Positions 1-10,264 of a DNA stretch of 64,000 nucleotides are shown here, one piece after another. Each line of letters starts with the position of its first letter. Position 1 is the stretch's first letter. The position numbers were made by a program, and so were the translations under genes. Source of the stretch: Nitrospirota bacterium. Its GTDB lineage: Bacteria; Nitrospirota; UBA9217. Location of the stretch: the NCBI GenBank assembly GCA_963741205.1, contig CAVUHW010000026.1, positions 224,001 to 288,000 of the forward strand. Reading direction: 5' to 3'. The notes beneath the pieces were generated by a model. That model made no database searches and had not been told where the DNA came from. It worked only from the letters and a program-made list of their open reading frames with translations.

Positions 1-1070
1 TCTGGTCCACGCCGCATTCGGCCGCCATGATCCCCGCGAAGTAGGCCACCTCGCGCGCATGCATGAGCACGTTCTGTCCGTAGCTCGTCCGGTACTTGAG
101 CCTGCCGATGAGCTTGATGATCTCGGGATGCAGATTGTGGATGCCGAGGTCGAAGGCCGCCTTCTCGCCCTCTTCCTTCATGGAGACATCGAGGTCTTTC
201 TTCACCTTTTCGGCGATCTCCTCGATCCGGGCGGGATGGATGCGTCCGTCGTGCATCAGCCGTTCGATCGTGAGCCTCGCGATCTCCCGCCGGAGCGGGT
301 CATAGCACGACAGGATGACCGCCTCGGGCGTATCGTCGATGATCAGGTCGATGCCCGTGGCCGCTTCGATGGCCCGGATGTTCCTGCCCTCGCGCCCGAT
401 GATCCTGCCCTTCATCTCATCGTTGGGGAGATTGACGACCGATACCGTGGCCTCGGCCACATAGTCGCTCGCGTAACGCTGGATGGCCAGGCTGATGATG
501 TTCTTGGACTTCTTGTCGGCCTCGTCCTTCGCCTCGTCCTCGATCCGCTTGATGGTCTTGGCCGCCTCGAACTTCGCCTCGTCCTCCATGGCGACCATGA
601 GCTGGCGCTTGGCCTCTTCCGCCGTCATGTTCGCGATCTTCTCGAGCAGTCTCGCGCTGCTCGCGCAGGCCCCTGTCAAAGCGTTCTTCCTTTTCGACCG
701 CGACCTTTTCGCGCGCGGAGAGCTCGCGTTCGCGGCGGATCGCATCGGACTCCCGCTTTTCAACCAGGTCGATCTTCTTTTCGAGGTTTTCTTCTTTCTG
801 GGTGAGCCGCCGTTCCTGGTTCTGGATCTCCTGCCGTTTCTCGCGGTTTTCCTTCTCGAACTCCGCGCGGGCCTGGTAGAGCTTGTCCTTGGCCTCGAGG
901 ACGGCCTCTTTGCGTTTGGTCTCGGCCTCGCGCTCGGCGTTCGCAATGATCCTCGCCGCCTCGCCTTCGGCGTCCCGGATCTTGCCCGCTGCGGCCTTTC
1001 CTTTGACCAGCAGGCCCAGGCCGAATCCTCCGGCCAGTCCCGCCACCACTAGTACAATATACTCGATCAT
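1..1070 (-). CDS. rny: Ribonuclease Y (3' end beyond window edge; frameshift near 650)
   Basis: N-terminal TM helix and coiled coil (ORF 417..1070). The downstream frame reads ...[14 protein letters not shown]... (KH domain) and [16 protein letters not shown] (start of HD domain). Confidence 0.93.
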
Positions 1071-2382
1071 TTTTGTTCCTCCTGATGTCTCTTCTTGAGC
1101 CCGGCAAGACGCTCCTTGATTCTCTTTTCTTCGCCCTGCTCCGTGGGCCGGTAATAATCCCGCTGCTGCGGGAGGTAATCCTGGGCCGCATAATGGCCCG
1201 GATAATCGTGCGGATACTTGTAGCCTTTTCCCCTGCCGAGCCTCGCGGCCCCCTGGTAATGGGAGTCCTTGAGATGGTCCGGTACGGGAAGCAGCGTCCC
1301 TTCCTCGATGTCCTTCATCGCCGCCTTGATGCCGAGGTAGGATGCGTTGCTCTTGGGGGCCGCGGCGACATACACGGCGGCCTGCGCCAGGGGGATCGCC
1401 CCTTCGGGCATGCCGATGCGCTCCAAGGCCTGATAGGCCGCGGTCGCGACGAGGAGCGCCCGGGGGTCGGCGTTCCCCACGTCCTCGCTCGCGGCGATCA
1501 CGATCCTGCGCGCGATGAACAGCGGGTCTTCCCCGGCAGTGATCATCTTCGCCATCCAGTAGAGCGCGGCATCGGGATCGCTCCCGCGCATGCTCTTGAT
1601 GAAAGCCGATATGGTATCGTAGTGTTCGTCCTCATCGTAGACCAGGGCCTTTTTCTGGATGGATTCCTCCGCCGTGCGGAGGTCGTAGAGGATCGACGCC
1701 GTCTGCGCCGGGCGGCGTTGAAAGCACGCCGATCTCGAGCGCGTTCAGCGCCCGCCTCGCGTCTCCGTCGGACTTCGCGATGATGAAATCGAGCGCCTCC
1801 GGCGTCAGGTTCACGGCCAGGTTCCCCAGCCCCCGTTCCTTGTCCGCAAGCGCGCGGAGAACCAGGCTTCTCATATGTTCGGCCTCCGAGCGGTTTGAAT
1901 TCAAAAATCTGCGAGCGGGACGACAGCGCGGGAATGATCGAGAAGAAGGGATTTGACGTCGAGGCGCCGATGAGGATGATGTTCCCCCGCTCCACGTCGG
2001 GCAGGAGCGCGTCCTGCTGCACCCGGGTAAAGCGGTGGATCTCGTCGATGAAGAGGATGGTCTTCTTCCCGCCCTCGTTGCGCTCCGCGGCCGCCTCCTG
2101 CGTCACCCGCCGGATGTCGGCGACGCCTGCGGTCACGGCATTGAGCGACACGAAATGGGCGCGGCTTTTCTCCGCGATAAGGTGAGCAAGCGCGGTCTTC
2201 CCCACCCCCGGCGGTCCGTAGAGGATGAGCGACATGAGGCGGTCGGTCTCAATGGCCCTGCGCAGGAGTTTTCCCGGCCCAAGGATATGCTCCTGGCCGA
2301 CGAACTCGGAAAGGTCGCGGGGCCGCATGCGCCACGCAAGAGGCGGGTTTGCAGGCTCTGCAGGCAGGGACTCCGTCTGCAT
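1067..2382 (-). CDS. rarA: Replication-associated recombination protein A (AAA+), split by indels
   Basis: PLAWRMRP, GPPGVGKT and FIDEIHRF in ORF 1543..2598; SDGDARRALNALE in 1632..1904; RGSDPDAALYW...ASEDVGNADP...PKSNA in 1067..1591. Confidence 0.93.
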
Positions 2383-2926
2383 GTTTCTTTTAAGGTTTTT
2401 TAGACCCAACGTAATTACTTCAGGAGGGAGGGCACGGCAGTGTGATAGCGGGCGAAAAAAAGTTCTGAATTCAACCAGCTCAGGAGAGAACAGTACCCGG
2501 GGAAGCGACTGGCGTCGGGGAACCTGCTGATTTTCCAGGAAATTGAGTAGTACGGGTGGATAATCTGCTGCCTCTGCCCGTTGTCTGCAAAATGCCACAT
2601 CCTGGTTGTTCCCCTTCGGTGCTTATATGTTGTATTCGTAAGTTTCCCCATGGTCTTATTATGTTGCCAAGCTGGTAAAACAATTTTCGCGCGGTCCGAA
2701 GGAGCGAAGCTTCGTGAGAAGCTCGGTTGTTTTAACTTCCCCTCGGTACCGCTGTTTCTTGAGACTATCACAAGCGCCGGAGCCTTCCCTACTTCCCGCT
2801 CCTTATGGACTTGCTAGCGCTGATTACTCATTTAAGGAGATATATCTGTCATCATGGATAACGAGGATACTTGAAGGATGATACTATGTATCGTACAGAT
2901 GACCCTCTCTGTCTATTATATAAAAA

Positions 2927-3103
2927 TCCCCCGCTTTTGCCGTGTAGATAGACTTGATTCCTGGACTTTGCCAGGTGGGCGCCATGATGGAAAGTTCAGG
3001 CTTCCCAGTCCTGTCTGGGCATGCACACCCTTTCCAGAAGATAGCTCCCTTTAATTTTTTTTCACGAGGAACAAGTTATATCCATCACGCGCAAAGCAGG
3101 GGA
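2927..3103 (-). ncRNA. ssrS: 6S RNA
   Basis: The ends pair (5' TCCCCTGCTTTGCGCGTG with 3' CACGGCAAAAGCGGGGGA) over about 177 nt. Internal GGGAGCT, GTGTGCATGCCC, GGGAAGCCTGAA and CCCACCTGG motifs are typical of 6S RNA. It lies in the canonical position downstream of zapA. Confidence 0.8.
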
Positions 3104-3263
3104 CGATTATTTTTTTCTGTATGTATATATACCAGAATCAGGGAAAAATGGCAAGGATAAAAAAATGTGGACAGGAGAGCAGGTAAAACACATGACTTTC
3201 AGCAAGTTACAAGTGCGATATGCCTCGAACATACCCCGGTGATTTCCTGGAGTAGAACATCGT

Positions 3264-3548
3264 TCATTCCGTTCCCGCACTTTTTCCGTCATGTCGAGCA
3301 TGCGTTTTACGGCATTTCTCAGCGGTCGTTTCCAGCTCGCCGTATCGCTCCCGCAGGCCATAGAGTTCATCGGCTATCGTAAGCGCCGTCAGGATGGCGA
3401 CGCGATGGGGATCGACCGTGCCCGTCCCCTTCTCTACTTCCTTCATTTTTTTATCAACATAGGAGGCAAGTTCGCGTATATGGGCGGGATCGTCCGCTCC
3501 CTTGAGGCTGTAGACCTGACCGTATATTTCGACCTGGACGGGTTCCAT
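3264..3548 (-). CDS. zapA: Cell division protein ZapA (C-terminus probably frameshifted)
   Basis: VEIYGQVYSLKG...LASYVDKKM...VAILTALTIADEL signature. Confidence 0.9.
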   Translation of the reverse strand: MEPVQVEIYGQVYSLKGADDPAHIRELASYVDKKMKEVEKGTGTVDPHRVAILTALTIADELYGLRERYGELETTAEKCRKTHARHDGKSAGTE

Positions 3549-3691
3549 AGCTATAACTACCAGAATACTGCAAATATCATTCGCGCAAGATCCTGAACGG
3601 GAATGCCATTATTATAAACGTCACAATGGATCTCCGCTAGCTCTCATTCGCGATGACTAAGCTATTTGGATCATGACGAATTTATGCCTTT

Positions 3692-4599
3692 CTACAACAG
3701 CGCATCGACGAATTCCTTCGGATCGAAACTCCGCAGGTCTTCGACCGCTTCTCCGATGCCGACAAACTTCACCGGGATGTCGAGCTCCTTGGTGATGGCG
3801 AACACGATTCCGCCCTTGGACGTCCCGTCGAGCTTCGTGAGCACGATGCCGGTGACGCCGACCGCCTCATTAAACATTTTCGCCTGGACGAGCGCGTTCT
3901 GGCCGGTGTTCCCGTCGAGGACCAGCAGCGTCTCGTGCGGCGCGCCCGGCAGTTCGCGCGCGATGAGTGCGCTTCACTTTCTTGAGCTCCTCCATGAGGT
4001 TCGACTTGGTATGCAGCCTGCCGGCCGTATCCACGATGAGCACGTCATAGGACCTTGCTTTTACGGCGCTTACGGCATCGAACACCACCGCGCCCGGGTC
4101 GGCCCCTTCCCGGTGTTTTATCACGGGAATCCCGACGCGTTCACCCCAGATGGAGAGCTGTTCGGCAGCTGCCGCGCGGAAGGTGTCTCCCGCGGCGAGC
4201 ATGACCTTTTTCCCTTCGGCCTGCAGCCGGTGCGCCAGCTTGCCGATCGTCGTGGTTTTGCCCGTGCCGTTCACGCCGACGACGAGCACGACGGCGGGGG
4301 CGGCGCTGAGCGAGAACGCCGAGGAACGCGCGGACAGGATCTCGACGAGGAGCTGCCTTCAGCCGCTCCTTTACCTGCGCGGGCGTTCCCAGCTCGTTAC
4401 GTTTGTACCGTTCTTTAAGGTCTTTGAGCACGAACGTCGCCGTGTCGACGCCCACGTCGGACGCTATGAGCGCCTCTTCAAGCTCATCGAGAAACATCTC
4501 GTCGATCTTCTCGCCGAGGACCAGGTTCCCGATCTTGTCCGCCAGGTTCTTTCTGGTCTTTGCAAGCCCGTCGCTGAGACTCTTGAGTACGCCGAACAT
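3692..4599 (-). CDS. ftsY: SRP receptor FtsY (NG domain only), split by indels
   Basis: [35 protein letters not shown] and [10 protein letters not shown] across three ORF pieces. Confidence 0.93.
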
Positions 4600-4740
4600 A
4601 CGATACCTCGCAACATCAAAATCCTAATTAAGCACAAAATTCTAAACAAATCATAATTTCAAATTGGCCAAACCAACCCCGCGCAGCCTTGGGAATTTGA
4701 AAGTCTTGAAAGTTTAGAAATTCGTACTTTGTACTTGCCG

Positions 4741-5799
4741 TTAAATATCCAGCGGCAGCTTGCCCGTCGAACCCGCGCTGTGATTGCCTTTCCCGGCCTT
4801 GACGCCCGGGGCCCGTATTTCTTCGGTCTCTTCCGTTTCCCCGGCCGTCCCTTCATAGGACATCTGACGGTACAGATAGCGGTCGTGCATCTTGCTGAAC
4901 CCCGTCCACTCGCCCGCGGCCACGTTCTCCTTCTTCAGGGTCGCCTGGAAGTTGTTGATCTTTGCCGAGAGGTCATCGAGATAGTTGATGATGATGGCTT
5001 CTTGGATCTTGGGTCGCTTGGGCGAACCGAACTCGTACTCGCCGTGATGCGAAAGCATGATGTGCTTGAGCAGCATGGCGAGCTCCGCGGGGAACCGCGG
5101 AATGGCATTGACCTTCTCCGTGACCATTTCATATCCCAGCGAGATGTGCCCCAGCAAACGCCCCTCGGTCGTGTACCCGATGGACTTCTTGACCGTCAGC
5201 TCCCTGACCTTGCCGATATCATGGAGAAAGGCGCCGACCGTCAGCAGGTCGATGTCGGCCGAGGGAAAATGTTTTGCCAGATCCCGGGCGATGTTCATCA
5301 GTTCCAGCACGTGCTCAAGTAGGCCGCCGATATAATTGTGGTGGAGAGTCTTGGCGGCCGGCGCCTGCCTGAACGCGGCCATGAACGCCGTGTCGTTCAG
5401 GAAGCCGTTCATCAGCTGACGGAGATGCGCGTTTTGCACCGAGCCGGCAACGGCCCTGAGTTCCTTTACCATCTCGTCGATGTTCCGGGGGGACGATTCG
5501 AGGAAGTTGACCATGTCAACCCGTGAGTCGTCGACCTTTTCGAGTGTCTTCATCTTGATTTGCATCGAGCCCTGGTAGTTCGAAGCCATGCCCTTGATGC
5601 GCACGAAATCCTCTCGCTCGAACTTCCCGGCCACTTCATCGGCGTTGTCCCATAGCCTGCCGTCGATCTCGCCGGTCCTGTCCGCGAGCTTCAGCGACAG
5701 GTACGTCACGCCGTTCTTGGCCGTCGACACCTGCTTGGACGTGACGAGGTATATCTCCTCGACCCAGTCGCCTTCCTTCAGGGACGATATGGTCTGCAT
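4741..5799 (-). CDS. yhaM: YhaM/Cbf1-family 3'-5' exoribonuclease (OB fold + HD domain)
   Basis: YLSLKLADRTGEI OB fold; PAAKTLHH...GGLLEH, LHDIGK and SHHG..EFGSP HD motifs. Confidence 0.85.
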   Translation of the reverse strand: MQTISSLKEGDWVEEIYLVTSKQVSTAKNGVTYLSLKLADRTGEIDGRLWDNADEVAGKFEREDFVRIKGMASNYQGSMQIKMKTLEKVDDSRVDMVNFLESSPRNIDEMVKELRAVAGSVQNAHLRQLMNGFLNDTAFMAAFRQAPAAKTLHHNYIGGLLEHVLELMNIARDLAKHFPSADIDLLTVGAFLHDIGKVRELTVKKSIGYTTEGRLLGHISLGYEMVTEKVNAIPRFPAELAMLLKHIMLSHHGEYEFGSPKRPKIQEAIIINYLDDLSAKINNFQATLKKENVAAGEWTGFSKMHDRYLYRQMSYEGTAGETEETEEIRAPGVKAGKGNHSAGSTGKLPLDI

Positions 5800-5945
5800 C
5801 GTGCGCCTCCCTTTTTTGGTGCTGTGATAATAAACTATCGACCCTGCCTTGTCAAACGGAAAGCGGGCGGAGCGCCTGCGGTTTGACGGGAGACTCAAAC
5901 TATCAATGAAGGGAATTTCCAGCTGGGACAAGGGAAGGAGAGGGA

Positions 5946-6188
5946 TTACTTTTTTCGTACGTAGACGTGGTACTCGCCGTTTTCCCGGGTGAGGCCCAGA
6001 AATTCATTACCTGTCAGCTTGCACCATGCCGGCATGTCCTTTTCAATTCCGTCGTCATCAGACTGCACTTCAAGCACCTCGCCCGTCTTCATTTCCTTGA
6101 TCCTGTTCGAGGCCTTGAAGATCGGCAAGGGACATGCCATACCTACCGTGTCCAATACAGCGTCGGGTTTGATGTCTTTGATATCCAT
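5946..6188 (-). CDS. tusA: TusA-family sulfur carrier
   Basis: LDTVGMACPLP motif, about 80 aa, directly after iscU. Confidence 0.85.
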   Translation of the reverse strand: MDIKDIKPDAVLDTVGMACPLPIFKASNRIKEMKTGEVLEVQSDDDGIEKDMPAWCKLTGNEFLGLTRENGEYHVYVRKK

Positions 6189-6296
6189 CGTGAAATCAAT
6201 TTCGGATTGCGCCCTGCACTCGCGCAAAGCACTCGTAAGCGCTGGGTGCAGGCGGAATGCGGATTGCGGAGTTTTAATCCGAAATCCGCAATCGAA

Positions 6297-6725
6297 TTAG
6301 CCCATCTCGTGCTCATGCCCCGATTCCGCGGGCATCTTCACGGGGGACGCAATCCCCTTCTTCTTGTAATAATCGTCGAGCGCGGACTTGAGCGCCTCTT
6401 CGGCCAGCACGGAACAGTGCATCTTAACTTTCGGCAGCCCGCCGAGCGCCTCCGCCACCGCCGCGTTCGATATGGAGAGCGCCTCATCGATGGTCTTGCC
6501 TTTTACCAGGTCGGTCACCATGCTGCTCGTGGCGATGGCTGCGCCGCACCCGAAGGTCTTGAACTTGGCATCGGTAATGACGTTGCCCTCGACTTTGATA
6601 TAGAGCCGCATGACATCTCCACAGACAGGATTTCCCACGGTGCCCACCCCGTCGGCGTTCTCGATTTCTCCCACGTTGTGCGGATGGGCGAAATGATCCA
6701 TCACCTTTGAACTGTACTGTTCCAT
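6297..6725 (-). CDS. iscU: Fe-S scaffold IscU/NifU-N
   Basis: GNPVCGD, FKTFGCGAAIA and LPKVKMHCS motifs. Confidence 0.93.
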   Translation of the reverse strand: MEQYSSKVMDHFAHPHNVGEIENADGVGTVGNPVCGDVMRLYIKVEGNVITDAKFKTFGCGAAIATSSMVTDLVKGKTIDEALSISNAAVAEALGGLPKVKMHCSVLAEEALKSALDDYYKKKGIASPVKMPAESGHEHEMG

Positions 6726-6735
6726 AATCTCCTCC

Positions 6736-7920
6736 TCACCGGACTTTTTCCTTTTTGATCATATCCTCATAGAGAGGCGACATCTCCCTCAGCCGTTGAA
6801 CGATAGGGGGCAGCTTCTCTATCACGTAATCTATGTCTTCCGCCGTATTGCCCATGCCGAGCGACATGAGCAGCGTTCCATTCGCGACCGCGGCATCGGT
6901 CCCGATGCACGTGAGAACGTGAGACGATTTGAGCGAGCGCGACGTGCACGCCGAACCGCTTGATACCGAGACCCCCTCCATGTTCAGGAACAGCAGCATC
7001 GATTCCCCTTCAACGTACCACAGGGAGACGTTCAAGTTGTGCGGCAACCGCCTGGTCGGGTGGCCGTTGATGACCAGATGGTCGATCTTGTCCATGAGCC
7101 CCTTCTGCAGCCGGTCCCGCAGCGGAGCAACGTAGCTCATCCTCTGCAGGACGTCCGCCGCGGCAAGCTCCGCGGCCTTGCCCAGTCCCACGAGGGCCGG
7201 CACGTCCTCGGTGCCCGCCCGCCTGCCGTCCTCCTGGATGCCGCCTTCGATTTGCGGCTTGATCCGGACGCCTTTCCGCACGTAGAGCGCCGCGGCCCCC
7301 TTCGGGCCGTAGAACTGGTGGCCCGAAAGCGAGAGCGCGTCCACGCCGAGGGTCTGGACATTCACCGGGATCCAGCCGGTGGTCGCCACCGCATCGGTAT
7401 GAAAGAGCACGCCCCGCTCCTTCGCGATCTTCGAAATCTCTTCGATCGGTTCGATCGTGCCGATTTCGTTGTTCGCATGCATGATCGAGATGAGGACCGT
7501 CTCCTTGGTGATGGCCCGAGCGACATCCTCCGGGTTCACGAGCCCCTCTTTGTCCGTCGGGAGGTACGTGACCGAGAAACCCGCCTTCTCAAGCGTCTTT
7601 GCGGGATGGAGGATCGAGAAATGCTCGATCTGCGATACGATGATATGCCTGCCCTTCTGGCTGTTCGCCTGGACTAATCCCTTCAAGGCGAAGTTGTTGG
7701 ACTCGGCGCCGCTCGCGGTAAAATAGATTTCCTCGGGCTTTGCCCCGATGAGCGCGGCGGTCTTCGCCCTCGCCTCCTCAACAGCGTTCTTGGCCTCCCT
7801 GCCGATGTCGTGCAGGTTCGACGGATTGCCGAACTTGCTCGAAAAGTAGGGAAGCATCGCCTCCAGAACCTTTGGATGGACCGGCGTCGTCGCCGCATGA
7901 TCAAGATAGACTTTTCTCAC
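6736..7920 (-). CDS. iscS: Cysteine desulfurase IscS/NifS
   Basis: YLDHAATT, HANNEIGT, HTDAV and SSGSACTS motifs. The usual PLP-Lys motif (SGHK) reads SGHQFYGPKG here. Confidence 0.9.
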   Translation of the reverse strand: MRKVYLDHAATTPVHPKVLEAMLPYFSSKFGNPSNLHDIGREAKNAVEEARAKTAALIGAKPEEIYFTASGAESNNFALKGLVQANSQKGRHIIVSQIEHFSILHPAKTLEKAGFSVTYLPTDKEGLVNPEDVARAITKETVLISIMHANNEIGTIEPIEEISKIAKERGVLFHTDAVATTGWIPVNVQTLGVDALSLSGHQFYGPKGAAALYVRKGVRIKPQIEGGIQEDGRRAGTEDVPALVGLGKAAELAAADVLQRMSYVAPLRDRLQKGLMDKIDHLVINGHPTRRLPHNLNVSLWYVEGESMLLFLNMEGVSVSSGSACTSRSLKSSHVLTCIGTDAAVANGTLLMSLGMGNTAEDIDYVIEKLPPIVQRLREMSPLYEDMIKKEKVR

Positions 7921-7921
7921 G

Positions 7922-8401
7922 CTAACATACCCCCTTCCCTGTCATGGCGGCCTTCTTTCCGGGTTTCAGAAGGACGGGCGCCTTGTGTTCCATTTGCTGA
8001 CGCAAGAGATCGTCGAAGCTGATGCTGTCGAGGGCCTCTTCTATCTTCGCTCCCACCTGGGCCCACACCATCCGGGCAACGCAGGCATCCGTCTGTGAGC
8101 ACTCTTCGGACTCGCCTGGTTCGAGACAGTGCGACAGGGCGATAGGCCCCTCCAGGGTCCGAACGATGTCTCCGATGGTAAGTTCCGCCGGCTTGCGAGC
8201 GAGCAGGTATCCGCCCGCCGGCCCCCGCACGCTCTCGATCACGCCCGATTTACCCAGCTTGTGCAGGATCTGTTCGAGATACGAGAAAGAAATCCCCTGG
8301 CGGTCGGCGATCTCCTTGATGGTGATCGGCCCCTTGCCGTAATGCCGCGCGATCTCGAAGACCGCCCGGACGCCGTATTTTCCTTTCGTAGAAAGTTTCA
8401 T
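7922..8401 (-). CDS. iscR: Rrf2-family regulator, IscR-like
   Basis: MKLSTKGKYG, SYLEQIL and SVRGPAGGY motifs; three Cys (HC...EC...AC); first gene of the isc operon. Confidence 0.85.
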   Translation of the reverse strand: MKLSTKGKYGVRAVFEIARHYGKGPITIKEIADRQGISFSYLEQILHKLGKSGVIESVRGPAGGYLLARKPAELTIGDIVRTLEGPIALSHCLEPGESEECSQTDACVARMVWAQVGAKIEEALDSISFDDLLRQQMEHKAPVLLKPGKKAAMTGKGVC

Positions 8402-8475
8402 GTATGTTCCGCCCTCGCTCCGCTCAGGCGACAAAAACAAACAGGACCTTTTCCGTCCTGCAATTCGTTACCTTA

Positions 8476-8505
8476 ACCATAACAAACTTGACCAATTCTG
8501 TCAAG
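8476..8505 (-). promoter_or_regulatory. sigma70 promoter of iscR operon overlapped by palindromic Rrf2/IscR box
   Basis: Minus strand reads TTGACA-17 bp-TATGGT. The inverted repeat CTTGAC-N7-GTCAAG at 8487..8505 covers the -35 element. Confidence 0.7.
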
Positions 8506-8573
8506 AATAAATTTCCGGCTTGTCTTTGTCGTAACATTATACTAAGGTATACTTGAAGCTAGGGAGAAACGGC

Positions 8574-8846
8574 ATGCATACCGATGAATTCGAGATATCA
8601 CTCCACCGGGAATTGAAAGTCTGCGAGAGTGCGATCCAGCGGATTAAAAAAACCCTCAGTTTGATGGAGCAGAAACATCACAAGACCACGGAAGCCTTCA
8701 TCGAGGAGTACCGAAGCGGGAAGCCGGATGCCGACAAGGAACATGAAGACGATTACCGGGTATGGGAAAGCAGCTTTGAATCTCTCAGGAAATGGCAGGA
8801 CCTCGAACAGCAGTACCGGGAGCAGTTCCGGAAGATGAAGATCTGA
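8574..8846 (+). CDS. Hypothetical helical protein
   Basis: RBS-like AGGGAG before the ATG; 90 aa charged helical ORF. Confidence 0.55.
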   Translation: MHTDEFEISLHRELKVCESAIQRIKKTLSLMEQKHHKTTEAFIEEYRSGKPDADKEHEDDYRVWESSFESLRKWQDLEQQYREQFRKMKI

Positions 8847-9051
8847 CGCATTATTAACCACAGGCGGCTTCGCCGCACACGGTCAACCCAAATTCAATAT
8901 TTGGTTTTTATCCAACCTGCGTATATCCGCCTGCACCCAGAGGTTATAAGTGCTACGTCGCGAATGCAGTGTGTGTGTTCTGCGAAGCAGAACCCGTGGT
9001 TTCAATATCAGTCATTGCGGCCGAAGGCCGCGCTATGATATACTCTCCCGC

Positions 9052-9870
9052 ATGCAGCGAACGACCCCGCATACCCCCGTCTCCAGCAAAGACAACAGCA
9101 TCATAAAATATCTTCGTTCCCTCGCCGACCCGAAACACCGGAAAAAAGAGCAGGCCTTCCTGATCGAAGGCATCAAGATGGTGGAAGAGGCGCTCCGGGA
9201 GGATGCCGGGGTAACGATGGTCGTTGCATCGCCTGCCCTCGTCCAGCACCACGGCAAAGGCGTGCTCAAACTCGCGGAGAGCAGGGGTGTGGACATCCTT
9301 TGGATATCCGAACGCCTCATGGACGCGGTATCGGAAAGCAAAACACCGCAGCCCGTGATGGCTGTTGTCCGGATGAAACGGCATAGCGAAGAAGAGCTCC
9401 TGGGTCACAGCGCGAAGCTCATTATCGTTGCCCACCGGCTCCAGGACCCCGGCAATCTCGGCACGATCATCCGCACCGCGGAGGCGGTCGGCGCGTCAGG
9501 CGTCGCGCTCACGGAGAACACGGTCGACCCGTATAATGCCAAGGCCGTTCGCGCCTCCATGGGCAGCATCCTGCGCCTTCCCGTTACACCGGTCGGTGAC
9601 TTGACGTTGTTCCTGAAAACATGCAAAGCGAAAGGCTTTCAGACAGCGGCAACGGTGTTGACCGGGGAAAAGACGCACTTTGACGTTGACCTGACAAAAC
9701 CGACTGTCGTGATTTTAGGACAGGAGGGGGCAGGGCTTTCCGAGGACATCATGGCCGGCATTGATCTGCGCGTTCGCATCCCGATGGCGGAAACGATCGA
9801 TTCCCTGAATGTGGCGACGGCCGCGGCAGTGATCCTCTACGAGGCCTTGCGGCAGAGGCTCAAGAGGTGA
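9052..9870 (+). CDS. TrmH/SpoU-family RNA methyltransferase
   Basis: LQDPGNLGTIIRTA, VRASMGS, GQEGAGL and IPM..SLNVATA SPOUT motifs. Confidence 0.92.
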   Translation: MQRTTPHTPVSSKDNSIIKYLRSLADPKHRKKEQAFLIEGIKMVEEALREDAGVTMVVASPALVQHHGKGVLKLAESRGVDILWISERLMDAVSESKTPQPVMAVVRMKRHSEEELLGHSAKLIIVAHRLQDPGNLGTIIRTAEAVGASGVALTENTVDPYNAKAVRASMGSILRLPVTPVGDLTLFLKTCKAKGFQTAATVLTGEKTHFDVDLTKPTVVILGQEGAGLSEDIMAGIDLRVRIPMAETIDSLNVATAAAVILYEALRQRLKR

Positions 9871-10165
9871 ACCATGCAGTCTTCTCACGTGACGATGTGC
9901 ATTGATTTCCATATTATACACATTAAGGTGATCTCATGAGCACAATCGTAATAAAGAGAAGGTCGTCAGGGCGGCAAAAAAAGGAGTCAGGCATATGAAG
10001 CCTGCTGCAGCTGAGATTCCGAAACTTGTTATCGTAAAACGATTTTTAACCCACCACATCTGGAAGAATAGAAATTCCTGAGAACCACATCCCGAAGTTT
10101 CGTGCCCAATAATGACGATTCCGGATAATTTTGAAAAAACACCATATTTCGGTGAAAAGATACGA

Positions 10166-10200
10166 GGCGGAAAAAAAGGAGCAGGCTGAAGCCTGCTCCC
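10166..10200 (-). terminator. Intrinsic terminator downstream of RCC1-repeat gene (degenerate second copy at ~9970-10007)
   Basis: GGAGCAGGC-TTCA-GCCTGCTCC hairpin followed by a T-run on the minus strand. Confidence 0.65.
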
Positions 10201-10264
10201 GGTCAAACTTATCGGTAAAACGAATTTCAACATCTGAAGAATAGAAGTTCATTACCTTCCGGTT

